Assembly (NCBI GenBank): GCA_963842525.1
Contig: CAWJGT010000006.1
Location: 160,001 to 224,000, forward strand
Length of the DNA stretch: 64,000 bases
DNA from: an uncultured Holophagales bacterium
GTDB lineage: Bacteria > Acidobacteriota > Thermoanaerobaculia > Multivoradales > UBA5704
Reading direction: 5' to 3'
In this document: positions 1-9,526 of the stretch, piece after piece
Numbering within the stretch: the first letter of the stretch is position 1
How the letters are laid out: the number at the start of each line of letters is the position of its first letter
Program-made: the position numbers and the translations under genes
Notes under the pieces: generated by a model
Databases searched by the model: none
What the model was told of the DNA's origin: nothing
The model's input: the letters and a program-made list of their open reading frames with translations, nothing else

Positions 1-1
1 C

Positions 2-871
2 ATGCGCCGCACCGCCCGCCTGCCCGTCTCCCTCCTCATCCTCATTTCCTTAGGCCCACCCCTGGCCGCGCAGCAGGACCCCATCGCCCAGGGAGATGCC
101 TGGTGGGCGCGCCGCGCCGAGGGGCACAAGGGCCAGCAGGCGGCGGCCGGCCCGATCGACCAGGCCATCGCCGCCTACGAACGGGCCGTGCGGGAGAAGC
201 CCGACCGGCTGGAGGGCTCCTGGAAGCTGCTGCGCGCCCTCCACTACAAGGGGGATTACGTCGTCCGCTCGAAAGAGGACAAACAGAAGGCCTTCGGCCG
301 TGGCCGGGAGGTCGTCGAGGCCGCCCTCGACCAGATGGGCCGCCGCGTCGGCGGGCGGAAGAAGCTGGACGACCTGCCCACGGCGGAGGCCGCCAAGCTG
401 GTCAAGGGCATTCCGGAGGCGCCCTACATCTACGCCTGGGGCGGCATCCACTGGGGGCTCTGGGGCGAGGCCTACGGCAAGATGGCCGCCGCCCGGCAGG
501 GAGTCGGCGACAAGATCCGGCGCTACGGCGAAATCGCCCTCGCCCTCGACGAGCGGTTCGAACGCGCCGCCGCCCACCGCCTCCTGGGGAGGCTCCACAG
601 CGAGGCCCCCAAGATTCCGTTCATCACCGGCTGGGTCGATCGTGACAAAGCGATCTCCCACCTCCGCCGGGCCGTGGCCCTGGGGCCCGAGGACTTGCAC
701 AACCATCTCTACCTGGCCGACGCCCTCCTCCAGTACCAGCCGGAGAAGGCGGCCGCAGCCAAGGGGATCCTCCGCAGCCTGGTTCAGAAGTCGCCGGACC
801 CCTCCCGCGTCGTCGAGGAGGAGCGGGTCCTGGCCAACGCGAGAGAGCTCCTGGCCCGGTCGCAAGGGTGA
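2..871 (+). CDS. Secreted TPR-like helical protein
   Basis: 289-aa ORF with signal peptide (LLILISLGPPLAA|QQ) and TPR-like helices (AIAAYERAV, AISHLRRAVALGP). Confidence 0.75.
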   Translation: MRRTARLPVSLLILISLGPPLAAQQDPIAQGDAWWARRAEGHKGQQAAAGPIDQAIAAYERAVREKPDRLEGSWKLLRALHYKGDYVVRSKEDKQKAFGRGREVVEAALDQMGRRVGGRKKLDDLPTAEAAKLVKGIPEAPYIYAWGGIHWGLWGEAYGKMAAARQGVGDKIRRYGEIALALDERFERAAAHRLLGRLHSEAPKIPFITGWVDRDKAISHLRRAVALGPEDLHNHLYLADALLQYQPEKAAAAKGILRSLVQKSPDPSRVVEEERVLANARELLARSQG

Positions 872-940
872 GCCGCGCCGAGGTCAGCCGCGCCCCGCTG
901 GTGGCGGCAGCCGCTGCCGGCTCCCTGGTCATCTTGAAGG

Positions 941-1270
941 CTATTCGGAATCCTCCTCCTCCTCGCCCTCGTCCTCTTCTTCTCCCCGCGGCCAGGTGTT
1001 GAACACGAGGACCTCGCCCTCGACGAGCGCCTGCTCGTAGAACTGACGGTCCTCGTCATCCGCGCCGTAGTCCGCACTGGAGACGACCGCCCCTTCTTCG
1101 AGTCCTTCCACGGACCATCCATAGTTGTGGATCAGGTCCGTGGCGCGTTGCTCCGCGTCGGCCCGGTCCTGGCTCTGGATCCAGCAGCTCACGTAGGCAC
1201 CCCCGGCATCCTGGAATTCCTTCGCGTCCGGGGTGGGGACCGCGAGGAAGGTCAAGAAGAACATGGTCAT
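941..1270 (-). CDS. Small acidic hypothetical protein
   Basis: 109-aa globular-looking ORF with acidic tail. Confidence 0.6.
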   Translation of the reverse strand: MTMFFLTFLAVPTPDAKEFQDAGGAYVSCWIQSQDRADAEQRATDLIHNYGWSVEGLEEGAVVSSADYGADDEDRQFYEQALVEGEVLVFNTWPRGEEEDEGEEEEDSE

Positions 1271-1430
1271 GGTGGCCTGATCCTATGTCATAGAACCGGG
1301 TCATCTCGCCGGCTGAGCCGGGATCGATCCAGATGACTCCGGATGCTTATCGGATGACGTTGGATCGACCGCGACCCACGTCCGTGGTTCGCCGCCGTTC
1401 CGCTCCGGGGGTATACTGTCCTGTCGAGGC

Positions 1431-2895
1431 ATGCCCACACCAAAAGACCGTCAGGTCGAGCTTCGGGACGAGGACCAGCCCCTGGACCTCGACCGTCTGC
1501 GTGCCTTTCTGGGCCGCCAGGAACGGGACTTTCTGGCCGGTGTCCTGTTCGAGCAGGCGGTCAACGACGACCGGCTGCGCCAGCGGCTGGCTCTGGAGAT
1601 GGCGCGGGAGGGCGGCGGGACGGGGCGTCCGGACCTTCCCGCCCTCCGTCGCAGCCTGGAGGAGGCTTTCCGGCCCGGCGACGACGTCGTCGCTTCGTGG
1701 CGGGAGGTCCCCGGCTTCGCCCGCCGGCTCGGCGATGCGGTCGGCGTGCTGTGGAATCTCCTGCAGGGCGGTCATGCCCAGGCCACGCTCGACCTCGTCG
1801 AGCATGCGCTCGCCCTCGGGGAGGAGGCTCTCTTCGAAGTCGACGACTCCCATGGCGATGTGGGCATGGTCCTCCGGGACCTCCGGGAGCTCCACCTCGC
1901 GGCCTGCGAGCAGGTGCGTCCCGAGCCCGACGAGCTGGCGCGGCGGCTCTTCGCCTGGGAGGTGCGGGCGGCGCTGAGCACGTTCTCCGGCGCGGTCGAG
2001 AGCTATGCCGAGGTGCTCGGGCCGCGGGGGCTCGCGGTCTACCGGGATCTGGCCGAGGCGGCGGAACGGGAGGGCTCGGAGGACCGCTTCCGGATCGAGA
2101 GCGTCCTCGAAGGGCTCGCCCGGGTGGCGGGCGACCTCGAAGCGGTCGTGGCGCTCAAGGCGCGCAATCTGTCCAGTGCCTGGCGTTTTCTGGAGATCGC
2201 GCGGCTCTACAAGCAGGCCGGGCAGGACGACCGCGCGCTCGACTGGGCGGAGAGAGGGGTGCGCGCCTTTCCGGAGGGGACCGACTCCCGATTGCGCCTC
2301 TTCCTGGCCCAGGAGTACGAGGGCCGGGGGCGGTTCGACGAGGCGCTGGCGCTCCTCTGGGCGGATTTCTCGGAGTCGCCGTCGCTCGACTGTTACAGGA
2401 GCCTGGTGTCTCTCGCCGGACGGATCGGCCGCGGACGGGAATGCCGGGACGCGGCGCTGGGCCTGTTGCGACACCGGGCCTTCGCCGAGGCGGCGCCGCG
2501 CGGGGAGAGCCGCCTCTTCCTCGTCAGCCCGTCGTCCGAGCTCGTCCGCATCCTCCTCGGCGACGGTGACGTGGAAGGGGCCTGGAGGGCCGCCCGCGAG
2601 CTCGGGTGCTCGGAGGACCTCTGGCTGGAGCTCGCCCGGCGCCGTGAAGGGACGCATCCCGAGGAGTCGCTGCCGATCTATCGCGAAGCGGTCGAGGTGG
2701 CCGTCCTCCAGGGCAATGAGCACGGCTACCGGCGGGCCGTGGAGCTCCTCGGCCGGGTGCGCCATGTGATGCGGCGTCTGGACCGCGCCGAGGAAGCTCG
2801 CCGCCTATCTGACCGCCGTGCGGCTCGCCCACAAGCGGAAACCCAAGTTCGTCCGGCTGCTCGACGCGGCGCGGCTGGGGCCGGCCGAAGCCTGA
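1431..2895 (+). CDS. Helical/TPR-like protein (DUF6880/SWIM-associated type), frameshift near 2800
   Basis: Protein-like to about RRLDRAEE; alternate frame continues YLTAVRLAHKRKPKFVRLLD to TGA 2893-2895; family name from recollection. Confidence 0.6.
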
Positions 2896-2909
2896 CGTCA
2901 CGGCTGACC

Positions 2910-3686
2910 TCATCCTTCCGGCGTCACATAGGCGGCCGTGATCCCTCCATCGACCAGGAAGGTGGCTCCGGTGGTGAAGGAGGACTCGTCGGAGGCGAGG
3001 AAGAGGGCGGCCTTGGCGATCTCGTGCGCCTCGCCGAAGCGCCCCATCGGGATGTGGACCAGACGCCGCTGGCGTTTTTCCTCGGTGTCCAGGTATTTCA
3101 TCAGCAGCTCGGTGTGCAGCGGCCCGGGGCAGAGGGCGTTGACCCGGATGCCCTCGCGGGCATGGATTACCGCGAGCTCGCGGGTCAGCGCGAGGACGCC
3201 TCCCTTGCTGGCCGTATAGGCGAGCTGCGGCGTGGCCGCGCCGAGCAGGGCCACGAACGAGGCCGTATTGATCATCGAGCCGCCGCCCGCCCGCCGCAGG
3301 GCCGGGATGCCGTGCTTGCAGCCCAGGAACACCCCCTTGAGGTTGATGTTCATGGTCAGGTCCCAAACCTCTTCGTCGGTGGCGACCGCGTCGTCGTCCT
3401 CGGGGTGGGAGATGCCGGCGTTGTTGAACAGCACGTCCAGCCGGCCGAAGCTCGTCTCGGCGGCGCGGACCATCTGCTCGGCCTCGGCCGACTTCGAGAC
3501 GTCGGCATGGACGTAGATCGCCTCGCCGCCCGCCTGCCGGATCTCCGCGGCGGCCGCATCCCCGGCCGTGTCGTTGACGTCCACGACGACCACCCGGGCA
3601 CCCTCGCGGGCGAAGAGCAGGGCGGACTCGCGGCCGATCCCCGAGCCGGCGCCGGTGATGAGGGCGACCTTCTCAGCTAGACGCAT
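2910..3686 (-). CDS. Short-chain dehydrogenase/reductase
   Basis: MRLAEKVALITGAGSGIG, NNAG, YTASK catalytic motif. Confidence 0.95.
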   Translation of the reverse strand: MRLAEKVALITGAGSGIGRESALLFAREGARVVVVDVNDTAGDAAAAEIRQAGGEAIYVHADVSKSAEAEQMVRAAETSFGRLDVLFNNAGISHPEDDDAVATDEEVWDLTMNINLKGVFLGCKHGIPALRRAGGGSMINTASFVALLGAATPQLAYTASKGGVLALTRELAVIHAREGIRVNALCPGPLHTELLMKYLDTEEKRQRRLVHIPMGRFGEAHEIAKAALFLASDESSFTTGATFLVDGGITAAYVTPEG

Positions 3687-3703
3687 GGGTGACCTCCGTA
3701 GGC

Positions 3704-3840
3704 CCCTCACCCCCGGCCCCTCTCCCATCCGCACTCCCGATCCACCGGGAGAGGGGAGCAAAGAATCTCACAGGCCTCTTTCCCCCCTCTCCCGGGGGTA
3801 GGGAGTGCGGATGGGAGAGGGGGGCCAGGGGGGTGAGGGA
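3704..3840. repeat. REP-like palindromic element, family A (CCTCACCCC..CCCTCTCCC..GGGAGAGGG doublet)
   Basis: Inverted pair of arms; related copies inside 7599-7812 and at 13939, 36491, inside 58415-58629 and at 61834. Confidence 0.85.
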
Positions 3841-3847
3841 CTTTCTT

Positions 3848-5233
3848 CTACGCCCTTTCAAAATACCGCGCCCGTTCCCAGCAGGTCACCACCTCGTCGA
3901 ACTTCCGCTGCTCGGTGCGCAGGAAGTGGAGGTAGTGCTCGAACACGTCCTCGCCGAAGGCCTCGCGCGCCATATCACTGCGCTCGAATTCCTCGATCGC
4001 CTCGCGCAGGGTGCCGGGGACGCGCGGCAGCTCGCGGGCGGCATAGAGGTCGCCCTGGAAGACCTCCGGCGGCTCGATCCGTTTCTCGATGCCGTCGAGG
4101 CCGGCGGCGAGGGCGGCGGCGTAGGCGATGTAGGGGTTGGCGTCCGCGCCCGGGAGGCGGCACTCGATACGCAGCGACGGGCCGCGGCCGACCACCCGGA
4201 AGCCGGCGGTCCGGTTGTCGTAGCTCCAGGCGATCGCGGTCGGCGCCCAGGAGCGCGCCTGGTAGCGTTTGTAGGAGGCCACATACGGGGCGTAGCAGGC
4301 GGCCAGGGCGCGGGCGTGCCGCATCCAGCCGCCGAGGAACCAGCGGAACGTGTCGCTCGCCTGCACCGGCCCCGTCTCCTTTTCGCCGGGGAAGAGGGCG
4401 CGGCCGTCCTCGTCCCACAGGGAGAGGTGGATGTGGGCGCTCGAGCCGGTGTGCTTCTCGTCCCATTTGGCCATGAAGGTGACCGACTTGCCCTGCGACC
4501 AGGCGATCTCCTTGGCGGCGTGCTTGTAGATCACGTTGCGGTCGGCCTGGGTGAGCGCCTCGCTGTAGCGGAGGTTGATCTCCTGCTGCCCCAGCCCGGC
4601 CTCCCCCTTGCTGAGCTCGACCGGCACGCCGCTCTGGTCGAGGCCGCGCCGGATCGCGCCGACGAGATCCTCCTCCTTGGTCCCCTGGAGGATGTGGTAG
4701 TCCTCGTTGTACGTCCCCAGGGGCCGCAGGTCGTGGTAGCTCTTCGCCCGCGCCTCGGCGAAGCTGTCGGCGAAGACGTAGAGCTCGATCTCGGTGCCGC
4801 CCAGCACCGTGAAGCCGGCCTCGCGGGCCCGCGCGAGCTGGCGCTGCAGCATCCGGCGCGGCGCGACCTCGACCGGTTTTTCGTGGTGGTCGAGGAGGTC
4901 GCAGAGCACCAGCGCGGTCTTGGGCAGCCAGGCGGCGCGGCGCAGGGTCGTGGGATCGGGGACGCAGTGGAAGTCGCCGTAGCCCGTCTCCCAGCTCGTG
5001 TACCTGTAGCCGGGGATGACGTCCATCTCCATGTCGCAGGCCAGCAGGTAGTCGCAGGCATGCGTGCCGCCGTCGGCCACCTCCTCCAGGAAGTAGTGGC
5101 CGGTGATCCGCTTGCCCATCAGCCGGCCGTACATGTCGGGGAAGACCGTCAGCACCGTCTCGATCTCGCCGCGCTCGACGAGGTCGACCAGCTCTCGGCG
5201 GCTCAGCAGGCCGCGCACCGGCTTGTGGGTCAT
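3848..5233 (-). CDS. Glutamine synthetase-like gamma-glutamylating enzyme (PuuA/GlnA4 type)
   Basis: GTEIELY, EAGLGQQEIN, FMAK..TGSSAHIHLSL, NRTAGFR, IECRLPGADANPY. Confidence 0.9.
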   Translation of the reverse strand: MTHKPVRGLLSRRELVDLVERGEIETVLTVFPDMYGRLMGKRITGHYFLEEVADGGTHACDYLLACDMEMDVIPGYRYTSWETGYGDFHCVPDPTTLRRAAWLPKTALVLCDLLDHHEKPVEVAPRRMLQRQLARAREAGFTVLGGTEIELYVFADSFAEARAKSYHDLRPLGTYNEDYHILQGTKEEDLVGAIRRGLDQSGVPVELSKGEAGLGQQEINLRYSEALTQADRNVIYKHAAKEIAWSQGKSVTFMAKWDEKHTGSSAHIHLSLWDEDGRALFPGEKETGPVQASDTFRWFLGGWMRHARALAACYAPYVASYKRYQARSWAPTAIAWSYDNRTAGFRVVGRGPSLRIECRLPGADANPYIAYAAALAAGLDGIEKRIEPPEVFQGDLYAARELPRVPGTLREAIEEFERSDMAREAFGEDVFEHYLHFLRTEQRKFDEVVTCWERARYFERA

Positions 5234-5382
5234 CTCAGCACCTCGTGGCTACTCCTGAAGACTCTCCCGAGAAATGTGCGGCAGTTGTCCACGAATATAG
5301 TCGATGCAACCAACAAGCCAGGAAAAGAGTCCGTCTTCCCGAAAGCGGGCACCGGTGCGAGCCTCCCTCTTCCAGATGCCAT

Positions 5383-5679
5383 CTAGTAGCCATCGCATAA
5401 TGAAATCTCGGCACGAAGCGGAAAGAGAGCGCCAGCCAATAGGTGTTGAGTAGCCTCGAAATACAGGGCCGGATAGTCCTGTCGAGCGCGGGCCGAAGAG
5501 CCTCTCTGAGTGCTCAGCAGCAGAAACTCCCGCTCGCCTCGCGCATGGGGGATCTCCTTGAAGCCGATCTTGCCTGCGCGCTCGAGCCGTCTGCCCACCG
5601 CCTTCATGCACTTCTTCACCAGGGAGGCCGGGTCTTCACAGACCAACGGCTCCGGCGAAGAGGAACTCTTGCGGGCCAT
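5383..5679 (-). CDS. Hypothetical protein in lower-GC insert
   Basis: 98-aa ORF without a recognisable motif. Confidence 0.3.
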   Translation of the reverse strand: MARKSSSSPEPLVCEDPASLVKKCMKAVGRRLERAGKIGFKEIPHARGEREFLLLSTQRGSSARARQDYPALYFEATQHLLAGALFPLRAEISLCDGY

Positions 5680-5745
5680 CGGAATCAGAAGTCTCCCTGA
5701 GCAATCCCGTAGGCCGCTTCCACGGCTTGCTCCAGACGGTTCTTT

Positions 5746-6054
5746 TCAGATTGTGTAAGGCCGTGGAGAGAGCGCCGTTGCATAGGTGTAGCGATCGACC
5801 CGGCCCGGCCGTTGGTCCCAGGGTTGGACTACAACCGAGTCTCCGGTGAGGGTTACATAGTGTCCCACATTGGACGACCACGCCACGCTGCGCGCATCTC
5901 GCGGATCCGGGTCAGCCCCGCTCAGGTCGAGGCAGAAGCTGCCGCGTACCCCATTGAGCAGCACGAACCGAGGCCCCCCCTCGAAATCGTGATGGAGAGG
6001 GACGGGGAACAACCCGAGGCCTCGGCGCCAAGTCTCTATTTCGTCAATCTTCAT
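5746..6054 (-). pseudogene. N-terminal fragment of an unrelated gene (possibly a DNA methylase-type defence gene)
   Basis: SD-like GAGG then MKIDEIETWRRGLGL..VLLNG..FCLDL..AWSSNVGHYV; protein-like but short; family assignment tentative. Confidence 0.35.
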
Positions 6055-6124
6055 CGCACACCTCTTCCGATGGCATCGAGACTGCGCAAAATTCTTCGCG
6101 ACGAGCGACAGCACTCGCAAGTAA

Positions 6125-6380
6125 GTGTTCGCCCCCTGGTCGACCGCGCGCCGCACGAAGCCGTCCACCCGGTCGCGGTGGGCCATCGAGATCAGCGGGC
6201 CCATCTCGGTTGCCTCGTCCAGTGGATCGCCGATCCAAATCGCCCGGGTGCAGGGCGCAGACGCCGACCGGCTCGCGGAAGGTGAGGCCGATGCCGGGCG
6301 GTCGCCGGGCACCGGACCGGGGCCTCCGTCCCGGCCGCAGCCGGAACGCGCCGTCCATCGATCCACAGCCCCTCGTCCAC
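6125..6380 (-). pseudogene. Aldehyde dehydrogenase remnant
   Basis: Three ALDH segments in different frames: GLWIDGRRVPA..CPAT, GLTFREPVGVCAL, IGDPLDEATEMGPLISMAHRDRV. Confidence 0.8.
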
Positions 6381-6408
6381 TGCGCCATCCTATCGATGCG
6401 GCGGAGAT

Positions 6409-6444
6409 AAAAAAACCCCGCGCCACGGAGGGAGCGGCACGGGG
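6409..6444 (-). terminator. Intrinsic terminator
   Basis: Minus strand CCCCGTGCCGC-TCCCTCC-GTGGCGCGGGG followed by T7. Confidence 0.75.
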
Positions 6445-6520
6445 GGAGGAGAGGGAGCTGAAGGAGATTCGGAGTATGGCCTCCGGGACAGGCTCAACTC
6501 CCGAGACCCGTCCACACCTT
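6409..6520 (-). ncRNA. Candidate sRNA or attenuator leader
   Basis: About 110 nt with a 5' hairpin, a C/U-rich tract and a terminator; no convincing ORF. Confidence 0.35.
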
Positions 6521-6613
6521 CTATAACCGGAGGCGGCTCCCGCGCGATTCCCGCCCCTCTCGTCCTGTGAGTCCCTCCGAAGCGGTCAAGGTTCTCCGTT
6601 AGAATCCCCGCCC

Positions 6614-7594
6614 ATGCGGATCTTCCTGACCGGCGGGACCGGCTACATCGGGCGGGTCCTGGCGCGGCGGCTGGCCGGGGAGGGCCACGAGGTGCGCGCC
6701 CTGGTGCGGGCCACCAGCGCCCCTGAAAACACCCAGCCGCTCCAGGAGCTGGGGATCGCCACCTTCATCGGCGACATTCAGGACCGCGCCTCCATGCGGG
6801 AGGCCATGTCCGGCGCCGACTGGGTGATCCATGCGGCAGCGGAGCTCGACCCGCGGGCCTCCCTGGAGCGGATGCGGGAGACCAACGTCCAGGGGACCGA
6901 GAATGTCACCTCCCTGGCCTACAAGCTGGGCATCGGGCGGCTCCTCTCCGTCTCCTCGATCGCCTACTTTGGGGGGAGCCCCGCCGACGGCTCGCCGGCC
7001 GACGAGACCGCACCGCCCCTCCAGCCTTTTCCGTCCCCCTACAGCGCCACCAAGCACGCCGCCGAGCGGGCCGTCCAGGAGTGGGCGAAACGGGGGCTGC
7101 GGGTCAATACTGTCTATCCCGGCCTGGTCTACGGCCCGCCGGGCAAGAAGGAGGGGGCGAACTACCTCCTGCGGCAGATCGTCAAGGGCCGCTTCCCCGC
7201 CCTGGTCGGGGCGGACCGCAAGTCCTCCTGGGTCTTCCTCGACGACGTCGTGGACGCCGTCGTCCGCGTGATGGAGAAGGCGCCGCCCGGCCGCGGCTAC
7301 ATCCTGGCCGGCGAGGTGGCGACCTTGCGCGACCTGGTCCAGCGCCTCTGCGCCCTGGCCGGAACCCGGCCGCCGCGCCTGAGCCTGCCGGTGGGCCCGG
7401 CGCGGGCTATCCTCGCCGCCGCGACCCCGTTCTACAGGATGTGGGGCCTGCGCTCCCCGATCGCCCCGGACCAGCTCAACAACCTGGAGCGCCACTGGGC
7501 CTTCGACGACTCCCGGGCCCGCAGCGAGCTGGGGTGGACGCCGCGCGGTCTGGACGAGGGGCTGGCGGCGACGGTGGGGATGCTCGCGGAGTGA
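6614..7594 (+). CDS. NAD-dependent epimerase/dehydratase (extended SDR)
   Basis: TGGTGYIG, HAAA, YSATK. Confidence 0.93.
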   Translation: MRIFLTGGTGYIGRVLARRLAGEGHEVRALVRATSAPENTQPLQELGIATFIGDIQDRASMREAMSGADWVIHAAAELDPRASLERMRETNVQGTENVTSLAYKLGIGRLLSVSSIAYFGGSPADGSPADETAPPLQPFPSPYSATKHAAERAVQEWAKRGLRVNTVYPGLVYGPPGKKEGANYLLRQIVKGRFPALVGADRKSSWVFLDDVVDAVVRVMEKAPPGRGYILAGEVATLRDLVQRLCALAGTRPPRLSLPVGPARAILAAATPFYRMWGLRSPIAPDQLNNLERHWAFDDSRARSELGWTPRGLDEGLAATVGMLAE

Positions 7595-7598
7595 CTCA

Positions 7599-7812
7599 GA
7601 GGGTGTCTGGAAATTCCTGCGCGAGCCCTGGCCCCTCACCCCCGGCCCCTCTCCCACCCGCACTCCCTTCCCCCGGGAGAGGGGAGAAAAGCATGATCAA
7701 GAAGCTCCTGGGCGGGGGCTCCCCTCTCCCGGGCGGGTGTGAGTGCGGATGGGAGAGGGGCCGGGGGTGAGGGGCCAGGGCGACGCCCCCAGCAGAGTTT
7801 CCAAACACCCTT
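7599..7812. mobile_element. MITE with GAGGGTGTCTGGAAA/TTTCCAAACACCCT ends carrying family-A palindrome
   Basis: Terminal inverted repeats; closely similar copy at 58415-58629. Confidence 0.8.
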
Positions 7813-8299
7813 AGCGGAAGGCGCCCACCCTGACCACTCCCGGCTGATCGGCCACCCGCGCCAGCAGGTCGGCCACCGGAGTCCCGTCGGGCGGCACGGG
7901 GAGGTCGGGGGCGATGGCGGCGAGGGGCTCGAGCACGAAGCGGCGCTCGCGCAGGCGCGGGTGGGGGAGGGTCAGCTCGGGCGCCGTGGAGCACAGGCTG
8001 CCGTAGAGGAGGAGGTCGATATCGAGCGCGCGGGGGCCGAAGCGGGGGCCGCGGCGCCGGCCCGCCGCCCGCTCCAGCGCCTTGGCCAACGCGAGGACCG
8101 CCTCGGGACCGAGGTCGGTCCATCCCACCGCGGCGGTGTTCAGGTAGTCGGGCTGGGGGATCGGGGAGACCGCGGCCGTGCGGTAGAGCGGAGCCACCCG
8201 CAGGGGACCCAGGAAGGTCTCGAGCTGGCGGACGGCCCGCCGGAGAATCCGCTCGATCGCCTCGGGGGGCCCCAGGTTGCCACCCAGGGCGACCGCCAC
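7811..8299 (-). CDS. folK: 2-amino-4-hydroxy-6-hydroxymethyldihydropteridine diphosphokinase
   Basis: ALGGNLG, YLNTA, RFGPRALDIDLL, LPHPRLRERRFVLEPL; start approximate. Confidence 0.93.
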   Translation of the reverse strand: MAVALGGNLGPPEAIERILRRAVRQLETFLGPLRVAPLYRTAAVSPIPQPDYLNTAAVGWTDLGPEAVLALAKALERAAGRRRGPRFGPRALDIDLLLYGSLCSTAPELTLPHPRLRERRFVLEPLAAIAPDLPVPPDGTPVADLLARVADQPGVVRVGAFR

Positions 8300-8303
8300 G
8301 AGC

Positions 8304-8606
8304 TCACGCCTCGTCGTCGAGCTCCTCTTCCTCTTCGACTTCGTCGAGGTCCGCTTCGACGCCCTCGGGGACCACCTCTTCGTCGATGTCCTCGATCGGC
8401 ACCTCTTCGTCGATCTCCACGGGCGCCTTGACCTCGGCCTTGCGCCGGCGGCGCGACGCCTGGCCCGAGGCCGGGGCATCGTGCTGCGAGGCGTCCTTCT
8501 GGTTCGCGCCGCACTTCGGACAGAGCGGATCGCTCTTGCCGAGGTCGTAGAACTTCGTCGCGCAGCTATAGCAGGTGAATTTGGTTCCCAGTTTCAACTC
8601 TGGCAT
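8304..8606 (-). CDS. FYDLN acid domain protein (TIGR02300-like)
   Basis: [22 protein letters not shown] plus acidic tail. Confidence 0.9.
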   Translation of the reverse strand: MPELKLGTKFTCYSCATKFYDLGKSDPLCPKCGANQKDASQHDAPASGQASRRRRKAEVKAPVEIDEEVPIEDIDEEVVPEGVEADLDEVEEEEELDDEA

Positions 8607-8778
8607 GGATCGAAGCTCCCCTCTGGCGGTCGGCCGGAGGGCGGTGAAGCTAGCACCCGTCCGCGGGCCTGTCAACCGCCTCGCAAGCCTGCTAAAATCG
8701 AATCTGCCACGACCGGTCCCGCCGGGCGGGACGCTCCCGCCGGAAATTCCGACGCAGCTCCGGTTGTCTTGATGAAGG

Positions 8779-9519
8779 ATGAAGAAGAAGCTCGCCCTCT
8801 CGCTGACCCTCCTCGCCCTCCTGGTGTGGGCCTTGCCCGCCCTGGCCGCTCCAGCCCCGCCGGACCCGAAGTCGCCGAAGCTGAGCGGCAACCAGCGCCT
8901 CGAGGCGCTCATCGAGCGCATCAAGATCGAGCAGCAGCGGCTGAAGACCCTGGAGGCGAAGTTCGAGCAGCGCCAGGAGAGCTCGCTGCTGGCCGCGCCC
9001 GAGACCTCGACCGGCGTCTTCTCCTATGCGGCGCCCGACCGCGTCCGCTGGGAATACCTGGCACCCAATCCGATCTCGGTGGTCATCAAGGGCGACCAGA
9101 TGACGACCTGGTACCGCGACCTGCAGCGGGCCGAGCTGCTCAAGGTCGGCCGCTATTCGAACCAGATCTTCAAATACCTGGGGGCGAGCGGCAGCATGAA
9201 GTCGCTGCTGGAGTATTTCACCGTGACCCTGGGCACGTCGCCGAAGAAGGGTGAGCCCATCCGGCTCGAGCTGGTCCCGCGCTACCAGCGGATCGCCAAG
9301 CGGCTCAAGTCGATGACGATCTGGATCGACGACGAGATCTACATGCCCGTGCGCCTGCGCTACGTCGAGGCGGACGGCGACGTGACGGAGTACAAGTTCA
9401 CCGGCCTCAAGAGGAACGGCGGCATCCCCGAGGACCGCTTCGTCCTGCAGATTCCCAAGGGGGTCGAGACCCGGGTGATCGACCTCGGCCGCGAGGGCTC
9501 CGGGACGTCCGGGCACTGA
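8779..9519 (+). CDS. lolA: Outer-membrane lipoprotein carrier LolA family
   Basis: Signal peptide; [15 protein letters not shown]. Confidence 0.8.
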   Translation: MKKKLALSLTLLALLVWALPALAAPAPPDPKSPKLSGNQRLEALIERIKIEQQRLKTLEAKFEQRQESSLLAAPETSTGVFSYAAPDRVRWEYLAPNPISVVIKGDQMTTWYRDLQRAELLKVGRYSNQIFKYLGASGSMKSLLEYFTVTLGTSPKKGEPIRLELVPRYQRIAKRLKSMTIWIDDEIYMPVRLRYVEADGDVTEYKFTGLKRNGGIPEDRFVLQIPKGVETRVIDLGREGSGTSGH

Positions 9520-9526
9520 GGCCGGT

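Noticed and set aside
1431-3680. 749-aa ORF
   Set aside because: Read-through after a frameshift near 2800 into the antisense strand of the SDR gene
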